This document shows, in pieces, positions 27,244 through 36,964 of a stretch of 64,000 nt of DNA (its first letter is position 1; each line of letters begins with the position of its first letter). The position numbers were made by a program, and so were the translations under genes. The notes beneath the pieces were generated by a model that made no database searches, had not been told where the DNA came from, and was given only the letters and a program-made list of their open reading frames with translations. The DNA is taken from positions 14,531 through 78,530 of IMG/VR virus record IMGVR_UViG_3300012922_000007; one strand, given 5' to 3'. The DNA comes from a virus.

Positions 27244-28089
27244 ATGACATTCGAAACCTATGTAAATTACTTCAACGAAAGTATTTTGGCCTTGGGTAAG
27301 ACTTCGTCCATAAAAAGTTCGAGGTCAAGGCTAAAGAAATGCGTAGAAGTCTTTGGTAAAGAAGAACTTCCCCTAGATCCTAGGCGCGTTCAGAAGTTCA
27401 TTACTCAGCTTAGTCAGAAATATCCTAGCCAAACAGTGGCTAATGTCTGGGGAGCGTTTAGAGCTGTACTTATGCGGGCAAAATCTGAGGGATTAATCTC
27501 CTCCGTCCCCTCTCCTCTATTACCAAAGATAGAACGATCAGAACAGCCTTGGTTTACAGTCGAGCAGATGCGAATTCTTTCGAGGTACGAACCAATCTAC
27601 GCATTCGCTTCTGAGACTGGCGCGAGGATAGGCGAGATCTTAGCGATCCAGATTCCGGATATTGACTTCGAGAACAAGACGATCCATATAAGACGCAACG
27701 TGTATGACGGGGTTATTTCAAGTCCTAAAACGAGGGCGGGGACAAGGTTAATTTCAGCCTCGACTTGGCTCTGTGATATTCTAAAGAAAGAATGCGAGGG
27801 CCGCGAGGATGGTTTTATATTCCAATCGCTTGGAGGAGGGCCTCGTAATCCAGATTCTGAGACTAGAAAATTGCAACATGCGTGTACAGTGTTTGATATT
27901 CCGTATGCAGGGTGGCATGGATTTAGGCGTGGAAATTGCACGCTTATGGCGATGACTTTAGGAATAGCGGAGAGCCTAATAGAGTACAGAGTTGGACACT
28001 CTGTTAGAGGCGTTTTGAGCCGGTACATACATTTTTTCCCTGGCGAAGACCGGGAAATTTCCGAAAGGATATCAGAGGTATTACGATGA
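27244..28089 (+). CDS. tyrosine recombinase/integrase
   Basis: ETGARIGE, PKT, HGFRR, VGH and SRY catalytic residues. Confidence 0.9.
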   Translation: MTFETYVNYFNESILALGKTSSIKSSRSRLKKCVEVFGKEELPLDPRRVQKFITQLSQKYPSQTVANVWGAFRAVLMRAKSEGLISSVPSPLLPKIERSEQPWFTVEQMRILSRYEPIYAFASETGARIGEILAIQIPDIDFENKTIHIRRNVYDGVISSPKTRAGTRLISASTWLCDILKKECEGREDGFIFQSLGGGPRNPDSETRKLQHACTVFDIPYAGWHGFRRGNCTLMAMTLGIAESLIEYRVGHSVRGVLSRYIHFFPGEDREISERISEVLR

Positions 28090-28313
28090 CATATAAACCT
28101 AGATACTCAGGACCAAACAACTCGGGGGTGTGTATATGTGGTCACGACTGGACCGAACATCATCTAGGCGTGATTATGAACGAGGATTATTTCGAGGCTA
28201 CTGGAGAGTCTTATCTACCTGAAGAATGCGAAGCATATGGATCGAATGAAATGGGTGGATTGGATTCCGAGGGCAACAATCATTGCCAGAGATATAAAGA
28301 TTCAGGAGAATAA
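28086..28313 (+). CDS. small Cys/His protein
   Basis: CICGH...HH..C..C. Confidence 0.6.
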   Translation: MTYKPRYSGPNNSGVCICGHDWTEHHLGVIMNEDYFEATGESYLPEECEAYGSNEMGGLDSEGNNHCQRYKDSGE

Positions 28314-29002
28314 AATGAAAATAATTTTAGGAATTACATTTGCGGGGGGTGGAATAATGCTGGGAGTCGTGTCCTTAACCATCGGATCGTTTCAAAACAC
28401 AATTACTGGAGCACCAGTGCGTTGGATATTTCTTCCAATAGCGGCGGGATTGCTAATCCTTACTAGCTATTATTTACTACGAGAAGAGAAAGGCGAATGA
28501 TCTTCGACACCCAAGACTTACTGTACATAACCTCGGTTCTATTATTGATCTGGTTTGGATTAGTAGAGGATCGGTTGAATAATGCGAGGCGAATTTTAAA
28601 TCCGAAAGAAAAGAACGAAGCTATTAAAGACTTGCTGAGGACATATGTATGGAAGACATGAACAAATAACTAGGACACTGTGTCCATATTGCAAACGTGT
28701 TATAGAATGTAAAGAGGTATGGGTGGATGGATATCTCGTTCACCTCGATTTACTTCCCCATAATACATGTAGTAATCATCAGTTGACTAAATAAAATACG
28801 AGGTTAAAATTATGCTCGTAGTGGTAGACTCACGAAAGTTTAAGAAGCTTATGGACGATGTTCGAGGTTTGCAGCGTTATGAAAGTACTTCAGATCAGTA
28901 TGATGCGGGGACAAGGGATGGTTCTAATTCGTCCGTAATCCGGATTCACGAGATGTTGACCTCGTTTTGGAATGAACTTACCAAGGAATAACAGGAGAGA
29001 TA

Positions 29003-29923
29003 ATGGCTTATACAGAAGCAGAACTAAAAGCAATTCGCGAGGTCCATGCAAAGGACGCTACCGACGCACAGTATGAAAATTTTATCCGGGAATGTAGCGA
29101 GAGAAATCTCATGCCGGGTCGTCATGTCTATTTCCAACTGCGGTCTCAGTCCGAGAAGGATGAAAATGGAAACTGGGTTAAGTCCAAGAGACCTATTCAC
29201 ATAAGCTCTATCGACGCTATGCGTTTGATTGCTCAGAGAACCGGGCAATACCAAGGTCAGGCTCCTCCTGTTTACATTTACCTCGATGAGAATAATTTTC
29301 CAAGTATCAAATCCGAGGTCATGCTCCCTGATAAGGACAACCCTGACATTCCTGCCAAACCGTATGCCGTTCAGGTATCAGTGTTTAGAGCGGGATTTCA
29401 ACGCCCGTTGACTGCTACTGCTAGGTTCGAGGCATACGCTACTAAGAAGTTCAATGGCGGGCTGACGGATATGTGGGATCGGCGGGGTCCTGAGCAGTTA
29501 GCTAAATGCTGTGAATCGTTGGCTATTAGGCAAGCTTTCCCTGAGGAGCTGGCAGGGGTTTATATCGCAGAAGAGTTCAAGGACGAACCAGAAACACAGG
29601 AAATTCTAATAGAATCTGCAAAGACCTCGAAGAAAAAGGAAGCCAAAATTGAGCCTAGTCCTATTCCTGTTAGTGATGGTGTTGTTGCTGACGACAAGCC
29701 GGGTCAAGTATTAGCAACTAAAAACGAGGTCATCCCCTGGGCTAAGAAACTTAAAGCCCTGGGTGTGGAAAAAGAAAGATTGCTTAAGTACGTAGAGAAG
29801 AAATACAAAGTATCCAAGACCACAGAACTTACTCTAGAACAACTTAACGAGATTGTGCAAAAATGTCTTGCATCGAGAGAGAAAGGACTCGATACTCTAA
29901 ATATAATGTTAGATTCTGAATAA
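29003..29923 (+). CDS. single-strand annealing protein (Bet/RecT family)
   Basis: SIDAMRLIAQRTGQYQG, MW...PEQLAKCCESLAIRQAFP..L.GVY..EE. Confidence 0.88.
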   Translation: MAYTEAELKAIREVHAKDATDAQYENFIRECSERNLMPGRHVYFQLRSQSEKDENGNWVKSKRPIHISSIDAMRLIAQRTGQYQGQAPPVYIYLDENNFPSIKSEVMLPDKDNPDIPAKPYAVQVSVFRAGFQRPLTATARFEAYATKKFNGGLTDMWDRRGPEQLAKCCESLAIRQAFPEELAGVYIAEEFKDEPETQEILIESAKTSKKKEAKIEPSPIPVSDGVVADDKPGQVLATKNEVIPWAKKLKALGVEKERLLKYVEKKYKVSKTTELTLEQLNEIVQKCLASREKGLDTLNIMLDSE

Positions 29924-29948
29924 AAACAGGCCGAACCAAGGAGAATTA

Positions 29949-31016
29949 ATGAAGTCAATTACGAAGTTGCTCGGCACGACCGGACTAGCCTTTTTCTTGT
30001 CCCTTTCCCTCGGATGTTACGGGGTTAAGAAAGTAGTAATTTCACCCCCACCGGGACTAACCGAAGCACCTTCCGGATTTGATAATGAAACTAATGGTTT
30101 TGTAGATCAGGCGAGGCACGATGCAGATCGAGATCAATTCGAGGAAGACGCGGGAGATGAAATTGGCCCTGTGTTTAATCATAGGTCTTGCCTCGATTGT
30201 CATTCTAGTCCAGTAACCGGAGGCTATTCTCAAGTATTTGAACACAGAATTGCAGCCGGTGCGAGGTTAATTCACGATCAAGTTGTCCCTGGAACTGCAC
30301 AGGAAGTATCTCCCGCAGGTGCACACAATGCTCTACGAGCCTCGATTTCTCTTATGGGTGATGGGTTTGTAGAACAGGTTCCGGATAGTTTGTTGAAGTA
30401 TATCGCATCGGTTAACGGCGGGGTTTTTGTCCTCGTAGATAACGGACGGGTAGGCCGGTTTGGTCACAAGGACCAGCACGCCGGTCTATTTGAATTCGCA
30501 GGCGATGCAGACTTCAACGAGAAGGGAGTAGGCAACAGAGTTAATCCAGATCCGGACAATGGTATCGAGGACCTGGAACCAACTTGTCTTGGTGGTGGAG
30601 AGGATATTGACTGCTATACGAGGTTTATGCAGGCTCTTAAGGCTCCACCTCGTGGTAAGATCACTGATCAAGTAAACCAGGGCGAGGAAGTATTCTATAA
30701 AATTGGTTGCGCATTTTGCCATACACCAACCTTGTATACTAGCAAGAACGTGTTCCATCCTTATGGGGACTATTTGCTTCATAACATTGGGACAGGGGAT
30801 GGTGTTGCACAAGGCGCGGCTCCTGCTAATGTTGTTCGTACCGCGCCTTTGTGGGGACTTAGAACCAAGTCTCGCATGTTGCACGATGGTCGTGTGTTCG
30901 ATGTCCTTGCAGCTATTAAAGCGCATGAGAAAGAGGCTGATAGGTCCGAGGACAAGTTCGAGAGGTTGAGTAAGAAAGACAAAGAAAATTTGCTTGTGTT
31001 TTTGAATTCACTTTAA
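29949..31016 (+). CDS. di-heme oxidoreductase/peroxidase-family (DHOR-like) exported cytochrome c
   Basis: signal peptide; two CxxCH (CLDCH, CAFCH); GPVFN..SC, GRFG.K, RTAPLWGL, LHDGR. Confidence 0.85.
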   Translation: MKSITKLLGTTGLAFFLSLSLGCYGVKKVVISPPPGLTEAPSGFDNETNGFVDQARHDADRDQFEEDAGDEIGPVFNHRSCLDCHSSPVTGGYSQVFEHRIAAGARLIHDQVVPGTAQEVSPAGAHNALRASISLMGDGFVEQVPDSLLKYIASVNGGVFVLVDNGRVGRFGHKDQHAGLFEFAGDADFNEKGVGNRVNPDPDNGIEDLEPTCLGGGEDIDCYTRFMQALKAPPRGKITDQVNQGEEVFYKIGCAFCHTPTLYTSKNVFHPYGDYLLHNIGTGDGVAQGAAPANVVRTAPLWGLRTKSRMLHDGRVFDVLAAIKAHEKEADRSEDKFERLSKKDKENLLVFLNSL

Positions 31017-31028
31017 GGAGAATAAATA

Positions 31029-31460
31029 ATGGGTAAGTCAGTAAACCGCGTAACTCTTGTCGGGAACCTTGGTAAGGACCCGGAAATTGTAAACTCAAAC
31101 AGCGGAACAAAGATTGCAAAATTTTCCCTCGCTACTAATGAAAGTTTTAAAAATAAAGAAGGTTCTTGGACTGAAAGAACAGAGTGGCACAATATTGTGG
31201 TCTTTGCCCGGCTAGCCGATGTTGTTGAGTCGTATGTTAAGAAAGGAAGTCAGGTCTATATCGAAGGAAAGATCCAGACTCGGACATACGAGAAAGATGG
31301 GGTCACCAAATATTTTACAGAAATTGTAGGTAACGAGCTGGTGCTATTAGGCAGTAAGGGATCATCTTCTGATATTTCTGGAGATGAACCTCGTGCTGTC
31401 GCTGCTAGTCGTCCGGTTACTAAGTCTGATCCGATCGACGATAGTGATTTGCCATTCTGA
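31029..31460 (+). CDS. ssb: single-stranded DNA-binding protein
   Basis: VNRVTLVGNLGKDPE, TEWHNIV, KGSQVYIEGK, acidic DLPF tail. Confidence 0.97.
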   Translation: MGKSVNRVTLVGNLGKDPEIVNSNSGTKIAKFSLATNESFKNKEGSWTERTEWHNIVVFARLADVVESYVKKGSQVYIEGKIQTRTYEKDGVTKYFTEIVGNELVLLGSKGSSSDISGDEPRAVAASRPVTKSDPIDDSDLPF

Positions 31461-31495
31461 TAAGTCCTTTATTATGTATAACTTAGAAAGGACTT

Positions 31496-32389
31496 ATGCC
31501 TCGTAACAGAGTAGAAACAGAAGATAGTTTGATTTACCAGGGCCGCGCACTAATCCATTTCTATCCGAATAGTCATAGATACCGGGTTAGTGTACCTGCC
31601 TTGGATAAATGGCGAGTTCCTGTCATCGGCGTTACTACGATCCTCGGTGTCAAGGACAAATCATCTGCTCTCCAGAAATGGACAGCAGATATGGCTGAGC
31701 TATATGGCCAGATTCAGGTCGCAGAGAATCAAAAATCCTGGATGTATAATGACCAAGTTTTAAAGATTCTCAGAGACATGAAGACTCACTATCGTCTTGT
31801 CAAACAGCAGGCGGCAGATGTGGGGGTAGTCGTTCATGACTACCTTCATTCTGTGCTTCTTGCGAGGCAGAATTCTTGGGACGAACCATGTCGTCCGGAA
31901 CTGGACGAACGGTTTAACTCGAAGATGCGAGGTCAGGTCGATGCAGCAATTGATGCTGGCCTAGAATTTTTCAGCAAACATAAACTAGTACCATGGACTA
32001 TGGAAAAACCCGTATGGTCGCCCTCGAATTCTTACATCGGTACGGACGATTTTATTGGAACTCTGGACGGAGAATTAGTTTGCCTTGATTTTAAAACTAG
32101 TAAATATTTATACAGCGAAGTATTCCTCCAGACTATGGCTTATCAGACAGCATACAAAGAAGAATTTCCAGATTGTGGACAATTCGAAGCTAACTGGGGG
32201 GTTCAAGTTGCTAAGGACGGAAAGCTTAATGCGGTACGTCGAGGTAAAGAATATTTTGAAAATGATTGGCGGGCATTCTTAGGAGCAAAGACTTTGTATG
32301 AATGGGACCGAATAGAATCGGGGTCAAAACCCATGGTTAACCTCGGATCTCTAGACGCGATTCCAATACCTAATGAGGAGGAATGGTGA
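31496..32389 (+). CDS. PD-(D/E)XK exonuclease
   Basis: VTTILG, G..VH, YIGTDD, LDFKTS, LQTMAY. Confidence 0.8.
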   Translation: MPRNRVETEDSLIYQGRALIHFYPNSHRYRVSVPALDKWRVPVIGVTTILGVKDKSSALQKWTADMAELYGQIQVAENQKSWMYNDQVLKILRDMKTHYRLVKQQAADVGVVVHDYLHSVLLARQNSWDEPCRPELDERFNSKMRGQVDAAIDAGLEFFSKHKLVPWTMEKPVWSPSNSYIGTDDFIGTLDGELVCLDFKTSKYLYSEVFLQTMAYQTAYKEEFPDCGQFEANWGVQVAKDGKLNAVRRGKEYFENDWRAFLGAKTLYEWDRIESGSKPMVNLGSLDAIPIPNEEEW

Positions 32390-32564
32390 GATTTATATAT
32401 GAAGCATGGTGTATAATTAGAGGTTATCACAAAACAAAAGGAATACACACCGAGTCGGGGGTACTTACCCAAACTTGTAGATGTGGTGAGGAGAAGAAGA
32501 CTTCGTTCTTTCCTAGACCAGGGGCTATTATCAACTATAACACTACATGGAGGATATTTAGTTA

Positions 32565-33131
32565 ATGGAAAAAAGATATTATGGAATTAAAGCAATTCCA
32601 ACTATATTTAAGGGAATAAAGTATGATTCTCTTAACGAAGCACGATGGGCCGTATTCTTTGATGCTTTAAATATTCCATTTGAACCTCAGCCTAGAGGCG
32701 ATATGATGGAGACTCCCAATGGGACAACATATTATCAACCGGATTTTCGTATTAAACTGCCCCACAAAGGGTGCAATTACACAACAGATTCATATTTTGT
32801 AGAGATAAAACATTCAGCACCAGTAGAAGAGGAAGTATACAAGGCCCAACAATTGGCTATTTTAAGTCGATATCCTGTGTTTATTCTTACTGAACAGCCG
32901 TATGATAATCTGTACGCCTCCTCCGATAAAGGTTGGAAGTTTGATATTTACGGAGACTCAGATACCGGACACGTGTTTACAGAATGCTGCAAATGTGGGT
33001 CGATAAATTTAGTTTATGGGGGGTATACAAACGAATTACCTTGCCCTCACGATACTGGTCGAGGAAACGCTTCTTATAAAATCACCGCCGCTGCTATTAC
33101 CGCGAGGGGGTTTAATGGCCGGGATATCTAA
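32565..33131 (+). CDS. PD-(D/E)XK restriction-endonuclease-like protein
   Basis: YDSLNEARWAVFFD, YQPDF, FVEIK. Confidence 0.75.
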   Translation: MEKRYYGIKAIPTIFKGIKYDSLNEARWAVFFDALNIPFEPQPRGDMMETPNGTTYYQPDFRIKLPHKGCNYTTDSYFVEIKHSAPVEEEVYKAQQLAILSRYPVFILTEQPYDNLYASSDKGWKFDIYGDSDTGHVFTECCKCGSINLVYGGYTNELPCPHDTGRGNASYKITAAAITARGFNGRDI

Positions 33132-33534
33132 GAGTGACCCGCATCGAAAACCAAATTATTTTCCATGGAACGAAGATGATTTTAGTGGAAACATAAAAGT
33201 TAGATTTATGACACCGGCACAAAGATGGATGTACCGAACTTTACTCTGCAGTGCATTTTTTGAATCCACGAGACCTCATTTACCAGACGACGATTCTGTT
33301 CTTTGGATGATTGCCGGGTGTGAGAGTCAAGAACAATGGAATGAAAATAAAGAACCGGTTCGTGCAATGTTTTTTCAGATACGAGACGGTAGAAGAAAAT
33401 TGTTGGGCCATCCTCGACTCGTAAGTGATTGGAATGCCTTGGTTAAAACACGTTTGGATTGGATAGAAAAATCTCGAAAAGGAGGGGCCGCTTCTGCTCA
33501 AGCAAAGGTTGAGCAAAGGTCAACCACCGGTTAA
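33115..33534 (+). CDS. replication-initiator-like wHTH protein (YdaU/DUF1376-like)
   Basis: YFPWNEDDF..KVRFMT..RWMYRTLL, HPRL, SRKGGAASA. Confidence 0.65.
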   Translation: MAGISKSDPHRKPNYFPWNEDDFSGNIKVRFMTPAQRWMYRTLLCSAFFESTRPHLPDDDSVLWMIAGCESQEQWNENKEPVRAMFFQIRDGRRKLLGHPRLVSDWNALVKTRLDWIEKSRKGGAASAQAKVEQRSTTG

Positions 33535-33600
33535 CCAAAGGTCAACCATTTTCAACTAAGGTAAGTAAAGAGAAGTATAAGTGTAAGTAAAGTGAAAGGA
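33502..33600. repeat. iteron-like 11-bp repeats plus an A-rich tract (candidate replication origin)
   Basis: GCAAAGGTTGA GCAAAGGTCAA CCACCGGTTAA CCAAAGGTCAA, followed by an AAGTA-periodic tract. Confidence 0.55.
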
Positions 33601-33605
33601 ACTTA

Positions 33606-34196
33606 ATGGCTTTATCGGAAAAGTTGCGTAGTTTGGTTTACGAGAAAACAGGAAAAGCTGCTCACATAAATGATTGGGCGGTCACAGCTTTTAGAAACGG
33701 GCTAGGTGGAGAGAAAGTAATGCTTGCCCGCTTCCGTGATTGGTTAGACAATAATCCGGATTCCGGACGACCTCTACAAGACTTCCTAGATGTGTCCGAT
33801 GAGTTGGCTGAGGAAAGTCCGAGGGAAATCGTCGTAGGCGGGATCATTAAACAAGACGAGGTCAAGCATCTAGGAGTTAAACTCTTTGCAATTACAGAGT
33901 TAGCATTGTCCGGAAAGAATCTACGACCGGCAGCTAACCTTCTCGACTCATATTCCGAGGAAGAGATACTCAGTGCTTTCAAATACTTCTACGTGAAACT
34001 GGATGACTTTGCGAGGAAAAATTCTTTGACCTCGTTCTTCAAAGACGGCGGCGGAGAGATAGTTATACTCAGTCTCAGGGAACAGAAAGCTCGTCAGGAC
34101 GAGGTCATGCGCTTAGCCTCGGCTCCAACTGCGCCTTTGGTCGAAGCAAACGAGGTCAAGGACGAGGACGAAAATTCAATTGAGGTGGACTTTTAG
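33606..34196 (+). CDS. hypothetical protein (replication module)
   Basis: AAGGA RBS, 196 aa. Confidence 0.65.
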   Translation: MALSEKLRSLVYEKTGKAAHINDWAVTAFRNGLGGEKVMLARFRDWLDNNPDSGRPLQDFLDVSDELAEESPREIVVGGIIKQDEVKHLGVKLFAITELALSGKNLRPAANLLDSYSEEEILSAFKYFYVKLDDFARKNSLTSFFKDGGGEIVILSLREQKARQDEVMRLASAPTAPLVEANEVKDEDENSIEVDF

Positions 34197-34578
34197 TCCG
34201 GAATATGGACCTACGTAAAACAGGCTAGTTCTATTCACAGAAACGAGCGTAAACCAAAGAATGGACCTAAGGACCACCCTAAGGTCAAACGTTGATTCTG
34301 TAAAGAGGAAACGCAGGGAATCATGGTGTGACAGAACTTTTAAAAGGAGATCCAATGGCGAGAACACTAGACGAGGAAATTGAACGAGCTTTAATAGAAT
34401 GCGAAGCGGAAGGGGTTGATCCGAGACCATGGATGAGTGGGGACCATAAGCTATCCATGAAACACTGGTCTTTAGTCCAAAAGAAACTCAATGCCAAGTA
34501 CGAGTTTAAACCTCGCAAACCATTGTCTCCAGAACACAAGGCAAAACTTAAAGCTGGGCGAGAAGCCGCGAGGTCAAA

Positions 34579-35193
34579 ATGATTACCATGCCAAAAAATT
34601 CCATCTGCAATCGTATAGGAATTACAGATTTTTTGGAAACAGATTTGCATAAATATTTGCAAAGACTTCCAAATATAACAAAAGAAGGTCCTTGGATTGC
34701 GGGCGGAGCAGTACGAAGAACTTTAACTCGTATTCCCTTGACAAGTGATTTGGATTTCTTCTTCAAGGACGAGGCCCAAGAAAAGAAATTTGTCGAGGAT
34801 ATTATTCGTATTGGAGCTATTAAGAAATTTGAGAACGAGTTCAATTCTACGTGGATTATACCCGCAATTATAGATTCTCCAGAACTTAAGATTCAAGTAA
34901 TAAAATTTCGATATTATAGTAATCCTTTGGAAGTTATTGATAGCTTTGATTTTACGTTGTGTCAATTTGCGTATGATAGTGAAAATATTTATATGTCTGA
35001 TTTTGCCATGTGGGATGTATCCAGAAAACGGATAGTTCCACACAAACTAACGTATGCTACAGCTAGTCTCCGTAGATTATTAAAGTATATTAATCAAGGA
35101 TTTACAGTATGTAACGGAGGATTAGCAGACATCCTAAATCAAGTATCAACAAATCCACAGATAATTGAAGCCGATATAAAATACATAGATTAG
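34579..35193 (+). CDS. nucleotidyltransferase (poly(A) polymerase/CCA head-domain-like)
   Basis: WIAGGAVRR..DLDFF, DSFDFTLCQFAYD, RRLLKY..GF. Confidence 0.75.
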   Translation: MITMPKNSICNRIGITDFLETDLHKYLQRLPNITKEGPWIAGGAVRRTLTRIPLTSDLDFFFKDEAQEKKFVEDIIRIGAIKKFENEFNSTWIIPAIIDSPELKIQVIKFRYYSNPLEVIDSFDFTLCQFAYDSENIYMSDFAMWDVSRKRIVPHKLTYATASLRRLLKYINQGFTVCNGGLADILNQVSTNPQIIEADIKYID

Positions 35194-35207
35194 CATTCGA
35201 GGTCAAA

Positions 35208-35426
35208 ATGACACAGAAACGATTCCGGTTTGTTCAAGATGATTCTTTACATTGGTATGCTATACCCGAGGACAAGCGCGAGGCGTTCGATAAATGGATT
35301 GAGTATATGTCTGATGAGAGCGACGACGAGCCATATATTAAATACAGAGGCGAGTCATTCGACGTTTTTCGCCTCGGAATGCATATAAGTAACTATACAT
35401 TCACAGACTTGAAGGAGGGCAGATGA
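35208..35426 (+). CDS. hypothetical protein
   Basis: QDDSLHWYAIP motif; GAGGT RBS. Confidence 0.6.
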   Translation: MTQKRFRFVQDDSLHWYAIPEDKREAFDKWIEYMSDESDDEPYIKYRGESFDVFRLGMHISNYTFTDLKEGR

Positions 35427-35986
35427 ACTATCTAGCAATCGACAATGAGACTGGCGGGTTAGGCGAGGTTAGTCTCCTAACTTCCTACTTCGCAGTCCTA
35501 GATTCGAACCTCCGGATTCTGGACGATTTGTATCTGTATCTCAAACCCGAGGACGGCATCTATCGAATCGAACCGCAAGCTCTTGAAATCAATGGAATTA
35601 ACCTCGTGTCTCACGACAAGATCGCCGAGACTAAAAGTACAGCAGGGAATAAACTATATCGATTCCTGAAATCTTATAGCAACGATGGAGCAGATAAGCT
35701 AATTCCCCTCGGACATAATGTCACATTCGATGTCATAGGGATATACGAGGGCATTCTCAATCGAAATATATTCGAGAAGTTTACCTCGTATCGTAAACTA
35801 GACACAGCAGTTATTGCTCAGTTCCTTAAACTTGCCGGAAAGATTCCAGACGAGGTTAGTGGAAGTCTCGGCAGCCTCGCAACCTTCTTCGGGATTGCGA
35901 ACGACAAAGCACATGACGCAAAGGCGGATGTCCTCGTAACTATCGAAGTTCTCAAATCTATGTTAAAACTTGTGGAGGGGAAATGA
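35423..35986 (+). CDS. DEDDh 3'-5' exonuclease (DnaQ-like)
   Basis: IDNETGG, GHNVTFD, LDT, AHDAKADV. Confidence 0.9.
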   Translation: MNYLAIDNETGGLGEVSLLTSYFAVLDSNLRILDDLYLYLKPEDGIYRIEPQALEINGINLVSHDKIAETKSTAGNKLYRFLKSYSNDGADKLIPLGHNVTFDVIGIYEGILNRNIFEKFTSYRKLDTAVIAQFLKLAGKIPDEVSGSLGSLATFFGIANDKAHDAKADVLVTIEVLKSMLKLVEGK

Positions 35987-36342
35987 ACGATATTGATAAG
36001 TACGGAGAATTCACTGTAGACTTATGGGCCAGTGGAAACTATACTATAGACACTATCTGGAATATGGAAACACGGGTAGCAGCTGAACGATCCCTGTCAA
36101 TTATGGCCTTGGGTGCTGCAGGAGAAACAGGCGAGGTCATTGAACACGTCAAGAAGTTTCTAAGAGATGGAAAGCTAGACAGAGAGGCTTTGTTGAAAGA
36201 ATTCGGTGATCAAGTTTACTACTGGGCTAGACTGGTTAAGTTCTTTGGATTCTTGCCTTCGGAAGTCCTCGCAGCTAATATAGAGAAATTAGAATCGAGG
36301 AGAGCCAGAGGCGTAATTAAAGGGTCAGGTGACAACCGATGA
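35983..36342 (+). CDS. MazG-like nucleotide pyrophosphohydrolase
   Basis: LGAAGETGEVIEHVKK..RD, KEFGDQVYY, NIEKLESR..RG.I.GSGDNR. Confidence 0.9.
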   Translation: MNDIDKYGEFTVDLWASGNYTIDTIWNMETRVAAERSLSIMALGAAGETGEVIEHVKKFLRDGKLDREALLKEFGDQVYYWARLVKFFGFLPSEVLAANIEKLESRRARGVIKGSGDNR

Positions 36343-36964
36343 AACTAGGTAAAGACTTCATTCAATGGTATTTAAATAATCTATGCCATCATTCTGTAGA
36401 TAGTATTGTAATACACGGCAAGCAAATGATGTGTCTTAGATGTGCTAGGACTATATTCATAACGAACGATCTTTTAGAGAGATACAAGAAAGATTGCAAA
36501 GAACGCGAGGAATTTCTTAATGGTTCTTAACCTCGGACCCAGCAGATATGCCTTAGGAATCATAAATATACAAGAAGAGATTGAGGAATACGAGAAAGAA
36601 CACCGAATCTGGAGACAAGCTGGATCTGTTAGCAAACCATATTCGGACGACGATGATCCAACATATGATATCTGGTATAGGCATCATTGGTCCAAAGAAG
36701 ATCTTGCGAGGTTAAAAACAGAAAGAGAACAGGAAAAATACTACAAAACTCACAGAGTTGGATTGATAAAAATTGAGGAGTTTTAATGGGTCATGTTGTT
36801 TCTAAATTAAACTTCAAAAATGTATACATCAACATATCTCCTACTTCTTTATTTGTACACGAAGATGGTACAAAAACAACTTTTGAAATAGAAGGAATGA
36901 AACCCGGATTTTTTATAAATGTAGATATTGAAATGTTGCAAGAAGATAAAGAGGACATAACTTA

